Assembly (NCBI GenBank): GCA_964016885.1
Contig: OZ024755.1
Span: forward strand, 41,540,001 to 41,604,000
Source: Eledone cirrhosa
Taxonomy: Eukaryota
DNA length: 64,000 nucleotides
Direction: 5' to 3'
A program made the translations under genes and the position numbers. The notes below the pieces were generated by a model. The model made no database searches. It was not told the origin of the DNA and saw only the letters and a program-made list of their open reading frames with translations. This document shows, piece after piece, positions 58,564 to 64,000 of the stretch. The number at the start of each line of letters is the position of its first letter. Position 1 is the first letter of the stretch.

Positions 58564-59660
58564 CGAAGGCTTAGAATGCACTACTTAGAATGCACTCCGT
58601 CAAAAAAAAGGGGGAAGAAAGGAAGAAAGAAAAAAAAACAAGTCAGCGTAAGGGTCACACTACATTCATGCTAGAAAATGCTGCGAAAAATGCTTCTCCA
58701 AAGGCATATATAATGGGTGTCTGTAGGGTCTAATGTGTGAACCAAAAATTGGAACGTTAAACTTATGTTATGAGTTATAGGATGAAATTAAATTAAATTA
58801 AAAAATATTAAATTGCAAAATGATAAATTGAAAAATAAATTATTAGAAAATTAAAGGTTAAGGTAGCAAGATTTATTTAATGAACTTACAGAGAGAGTCT
58901 TATATGAAAAAATTAATCTCGATAAGATATCAGGATGGGATATAGAGTAAATATTTTGATTGTGTGTCCCAGCCAGCACCCCCAACCATGAGTCAGCCAG
59001 TTTCGAGTGGTATCGTCCAGCGAAAGAATGGAAATTAATTTTTCCGAGTACTCTAGGAATGTAGCTACCTTGGGCCTCTGGAGTGTTAGCGGAAAGTCTA
59101 CAATTTCGACAGGCCATCGTCTATACCAAACGAATATTATTAATTCACACATGAGGGGTTTATTTACGTGTCAGTAGAGGCATGATACAGCTAATAGTTA
59201 TGCCTAAACCTCGAGTTTATAGGTATAAGTATAATATGGCGGCCAAAACAGGCGGCACGGTGGGACCGTGGCAAAGCAACCGCTCCAAGTAATTTCGTTT
59301 ACCGAAAGAGGGGAAATTTATTTTTCCGAGCACTCAAGGAAGGCTGAACTTTCAGAGTGCCCAGCGCACAGCCGGGAAAAGCCACCACATAAGTCGAAGG
59401 TAGCAACCCAATGAAAAGTGCAAATAGACCATAATTATTTTAAGTCCTAATTAGTCCGGGTTATAAGTAGTGTGGTTCTTAGGTGGGTAGGGGGCCATGA
59501 AAGGTGCATCTTTGGAGAAGCATTTTTCGCGGCGTTTTCTAGCATGACTGTAGTGTGACCCTTACACTGACTTCTTTCTTTTTTCTTCTTTCTTTCTTTC
59601 TTTCTGTCTTCCCCTTTTTTATTCTTTGACGGAGAGGTGGTAGTACATTATAAGCCTTCG
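58564..59660. mobile_element. ~1.1 kb non-autonomous DNA transposon (MITE-like) with ~140-bp imperfect terminal inverted repeats
   Basis: CGAAGGCTTAGAATGCACTAC..CTCCGTCAAA..GTAAGGGTCACACTACA.TCATGCTAGAAAA..GCGAAAAATGCTTCTCCAAAG mirrored at 59506-59660; no TSD found. Confidence 0.75.
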
Positions 59661-59808
59661 CCCCCTCACCAGATGGTCATTAGCAGACCGAATAGCCATC
59701 ACTTTGAGGGCGACTGGCCGAGGTGAAGGCAGCTAGTTGGTCAGTCGTCCTCGCTGTCTCTGACTTTTCGGACCCATGGTTTTTACATATTCCTTTGTTA
59801 TATTTCGA

Positions 59809-59866
59809 ATACCTGATGATATCACCGGATTCATATGGAACCCGGTCATTGAAATGATCATAGTAT
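59809..59866 (+). ncRNA. Type I hammerhead-like motif
   Basis: ATAC-CTGATGA-T ATC ACCGG ATTCATATGGAAC CCGGT CAT T-GAAA TGATC ATA^GTAT; palindromic stem III ATGATCAT; 4-bp stem I. Confidence 0.55.
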
Positions 59867-59907
59867 AATAAACCTTTCAAGGATTTACACCAGTCCAGCC
59901 TCCTGTT

Positions 59908-59971
<64 letters not shown>

Positions 59972-60296
59972 AACGAACAGGACCCCGACGGCTGAGCTCA
60001 AGCCGTTTCGACGGCTAATTCTGAACTAAATGAAAATTTATCCTGGTATTCAAAGGAATATGTAAAAACCATGGGTCCGAAAAGTCAGAGACAGAGAGGA
60101 CGACTGACCAACTAGCTGCCTTCACCTCGGTATTCAAATACCAGGATAAATTTTCATTTAGTCCAGAATTAGCCGTCGAAACGGCTTGAGCTCAGCCGTC
60201 GGGGTCCTACTCGTTCCTATTACCCACTCTACTACCCTAAGTATTGAGTACTTTGGTGCGTTATGGTCCACCTGGTTCCTTACCACATTTCTTTCG

Positions 60297-60344
<48 letters not shown>

Positions 60345-60559
60345 GTATATACATATATAGATATATGTATGTGTATATCATCATCATCATCATCTCCGTT
60401 TTACGAATATATGCTTTTTCCGGGCCCACCTGATACTGAAAACCCTCAAATAGAAATTGTTTTTAGTTAAAATTAACTTCATGAAACAGTAGTGCAGCAG
60501 TTGTCTCCCCTACACTGCAGTGTTTCTGAACTATCGTGGTGATGACTGTGTAATGGTAA

Positions 60560-60950
60560 TCGGTAGAGGTCGGACACCATGCTTTGCAGCAAAGAGTTAC
60601 GGCCCTTTATGATCTGAGTTCAAATCCCTCCGAGGTTAACTTGGCCTTTCGTCCTTACGGGGTCGATAAAATAAAGTACCAGTAATACACTGGTCTAATT
60701 TCTGGCCTTGTGCCAAAAGTAGAAACAATTATTAGATTAAAAATTGGGGAGGAAATTGGCAGTATCAGTAGAGTGCCAGACACTATGTTTTGCAGCATAG
60801 AGTTATGGCCCTTTGCGTTCTAAGTTCAACCCCCTGCTGAGATTAACTTTGCCTGTCACCTTTACGGGGTCATAAAATAAAGTAGCAGTAATACACTGGA
60901 GTAATTGCTGGCCTTGTGCCAAAAGTAAAAAACAATTATTAGATTAAAAA
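60560..60950 (+). mobile_element. Two tandem copies of SINE family 2
   Basis: Two consecutive units, each ending AACAATTATTAGATTAAAAA. Confidence 0.8.
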
Positions 60951-61144
60951 TACTTCACCATCTGCTGCAGCTCCCAGAGTTCAAATCCTACCGTTGTCAT
61001 CCTTTCGGGGTCGATAAATAAAGTCAGAATCAAGTACTGCAGTCGATTCTTCTTCTATCTCCCTTGAAGACATCGAGTGTGTTAGGACCATTAGAAGTTA
61101 AGGGACCATTACATATCTATCCTGGAACACAATTCCATATTTTA

Positions 61145-61421
61145 GTATATATATATTACATATAACAGTAGAGCTATATATATATATATATATATTACAT
61201 ATAACAGTAGAGCTATATATATATAACTACCATATAACAGTAGAGAGGTATATATATATATATATATATATATATTACTACCATATAACAGTAGAGAGGT
61301 ATATATATATATAACTACCATATAACAGTAGAGAGGTATATATATATATATATATATATATATTACTACCATATAACAGTAGAGAGGTATATATATATAT
61401 AACTACCATATAACAGTAGAG

Positions 61422-61452
<31 letters not shown>

Positions 61453-61472
61453 ACTACCATATAACAGTAGAG

Positions 61473-61503
<31 letters not shown>

Positions 61504-61794
61504 ACTACCATATAACAGTAGAGAGGTATATATATATAACTACCATATAACAGTAGAGAGGTATATATATATATATATTACTACCATATAACAGTAGAGA
61601 GGTATATATATATATATATATTACTACCATATAACAGTAGAGGTATATATATATATACTACTACCATATAACAGTAGAGAGGTATATATATATATATATT
61701 ACTACCATATAACAGTAGAGAGGTATATATATATATATATATTACTACCATATAACAGTAGAGCTATATATATAACTACCATATAACAGTAGAG

Positions 61795-61825
<31 letters not shown>

Positions 61826-61845
61826 ACTACCATATAACAGTAGAG

Positions 61846-61881
<36 letters not shown>

Positions 61882-63259
61882 AGATAAGCAGAACAAGTAA
61901 AATTCAATCAATTTTTCAAAATAAATCAAAATTAATATACAATCAAAATTAATCAAAATTAAAAAATATAATATAAATATTTACCTATTCTAATGGCCCT
62001 AACTGTACAGTTTCATGGTGCAAAACATTAAATATCACCAGGATATTATTGGAAAAGCAACGATCATCAGAGAAGCATTTTCCTGTCCTAGGGTTAAAAA
62101 CCCCAGGAACGACAAAATATATGACCTCACTCCAACTAATACAGGTCTAAAAGGTCGTGAAAGTGACCCGTAAATACATTGGTGTATAGTGAAGGCGGGA
62201 AATCATAGACTCGCTGTCTATAGCTCGCCACTAAATATATATTACTACCATATAACAGTAGAGAGGTATATATATATATTACTACCATATAACAGTAGAG
62301 CTATATATATATATAACTACCATATAACAGTAGAGAGCTATATATATATATTACTACCATATAACAGTAGAGAGGTATATATATATATTACTACCATATA
62401 ACAGTAGAGAGGTATATATATATAACTACCATATAACAGTAGAGAGCTATATATATATATTACTACCATATAACAGTAGAGAGGTATATATATATATATA
62501 TATTACTACCATATAACAGTAGAGAGGTATATATATATAACTACCATATAACAGTAGAGAGCTATGTATATATATTACTACCATATAACAGTAGAGAGGT
62601 ATATATATATATATATATATATTACTACCATATAACAGTAGAGAGCTATATATATATATATATAACTACCATATAACAGTAGAGAGGTATATATATATAT
62701 ATAACTACCATATAACAGTAGAGAGGTATATATATATTACTACCATATAACAGTAGAGCTATATATATATATATACTACTACCATATAACAGTAGAGAGC
62801 TATATATATATATTACTACCATATAACAGTAGAGAGGTATATATATATATAACTACCATATAACAGTAGAGAGGTATATATATATATATTACTACCATAT
62901 AACAGTAGAGCTATATATATATATACTACTACCATATAACAGTAGAGAGCTATATATATATATTACTACCATATAACAGTAGAGAGGTATATATATATAT
63001 ATTACTACCATATAACAGTAGAGAGCTATATATATATATATATTACTACCATATAACAGTAGAGCTATATATATATATTACTACCATATAACAGTAGAGA
63101 GCTATATATATATATACTACTACCATATAACAGTAGAGAGCTATATATATATATTACTACCATATAACAGTAGAGAGGTATATATATATATATATATATA
63201 TTACTACCATATAACAGTAGAGAGGTATATATATATTACTACCATATAACAGTAGAGAG

Positions 63260-63305
<46 letters not shown>

Positions 63306-63812
63306 CTACCATATAACAGTAGAGACGTATCTATATATATATTACTACCATATAACAGTAGAGCTATATATATATATATAACTACCATATAACAGTAGAG
63401 AGGTATATATATATATATTACTACCATATAACAGTAGAGAGGGGTATATATATATATATTACTACTGTATAACAGTAGAGAGGTATATATATATATTACT
63501 ACCATATAACAGTAGAGCTATATATATATTACTACCATATAACAGTAGAGATGTATATATATATATATAACTACCATATAACAGTTGAGAGGTATATATA
63601 TATATATTACTACCATATAACAATAGAGAGGGGTATATATATATATATTACTACCATATAGCAGTAGAGAGGTATATATATATATATATATATATATTAC
63701 TACCATATAACAGTAGAGATGTATATATATACATATAACTACCATATAACAGTAGAGAGGGGTATATATATATATATTACTACCATATAACAGTAGAGAG
63801 GTATATATATAT
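61145..63812. repeat. Minisatellite: core ACTACCATATAACAGTAGAG(AG)(G/C) + (TA)n, interrupted at ~61880-62235
   Basis: Direct reading. Confidence 0.96.
61992..62079 (-). ncRNA. Degenerate hammerhead-like motif in the insert interrupting the minisatellite
   Basis: Minus strand: AATGCTTCT-CTGATGA-T...long irregular stem II...T-GAAA CTGTACAG TT^AGGGCCATT; palindromic ACTGTACAGT. Confidence 0.45.
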
Positions 63813-63822
63813 ATCTATCTAT

Positions 63823-64000
63823 CTAAGGCGGGTAAAATTCCCGAGATCCATGGACGAGTTCTCTCCAGCGGTCTCTGTCCCTCATTATCGCTGCCATATC
63901 CTGCATCTCCAACAGACCAGTGTCTGTCCTTAGGGCATCAACATATGTTAACCTTGGTCTTCCTCTTCTAGTGTGTCCATGTAGGGGCTCCCAAAGGAGC
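63823..64000 (-). mobile_element. 3' end of an RTE/RTEX-like LINE ORF, continuing off the right edge
   Basis: Minus strand translates LWEPLHGHTRRGRPRLTYVDALRTDTGLLEMQDMAAIMRDRDRWRELVHGSREFYPP*. Confidence 0.75.

Overview
AT-rich, repeat-dominated animal genomic DNA. The SINE/RTE repertoire and (TA)n load resemble an octopod cephalopod, but that assignment is inference. One host gene is visible: the first six coding exons of a nuclear pore membrane glycoprotein gp210/NUP210 homologue on the minus strand (40972 to 22355). Its sixth intron holds a >21 kb array of a 25-nt-core+(TA)n minisatellite with three near-identical 5'-truncated RTE LINE copies in a ~9.2 kb higher-order repeat. The rest is RTE, CRE-like and Penelope-like retroelement fragments, tRNA-derived SINEs, DNA-transposon relics and microsatellites. 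The most notable feature is a 310-bp tandem array at 54246-57938: 8 copies followed head-to-head by ~3.9 inverted copies. Every unit carries a minimal type I hammerhead ribozyme fold with a palindromic stem III inside a hairpin-rich monomer, i.e. a candidate non-LTR retrozyme/circular RNA family. Four more sequence-unrelated hammerhead-like motifs (five copies) lie between 49.8 and 62.1 kb, several in head-to-head inversions typical of Penelope-like elements.
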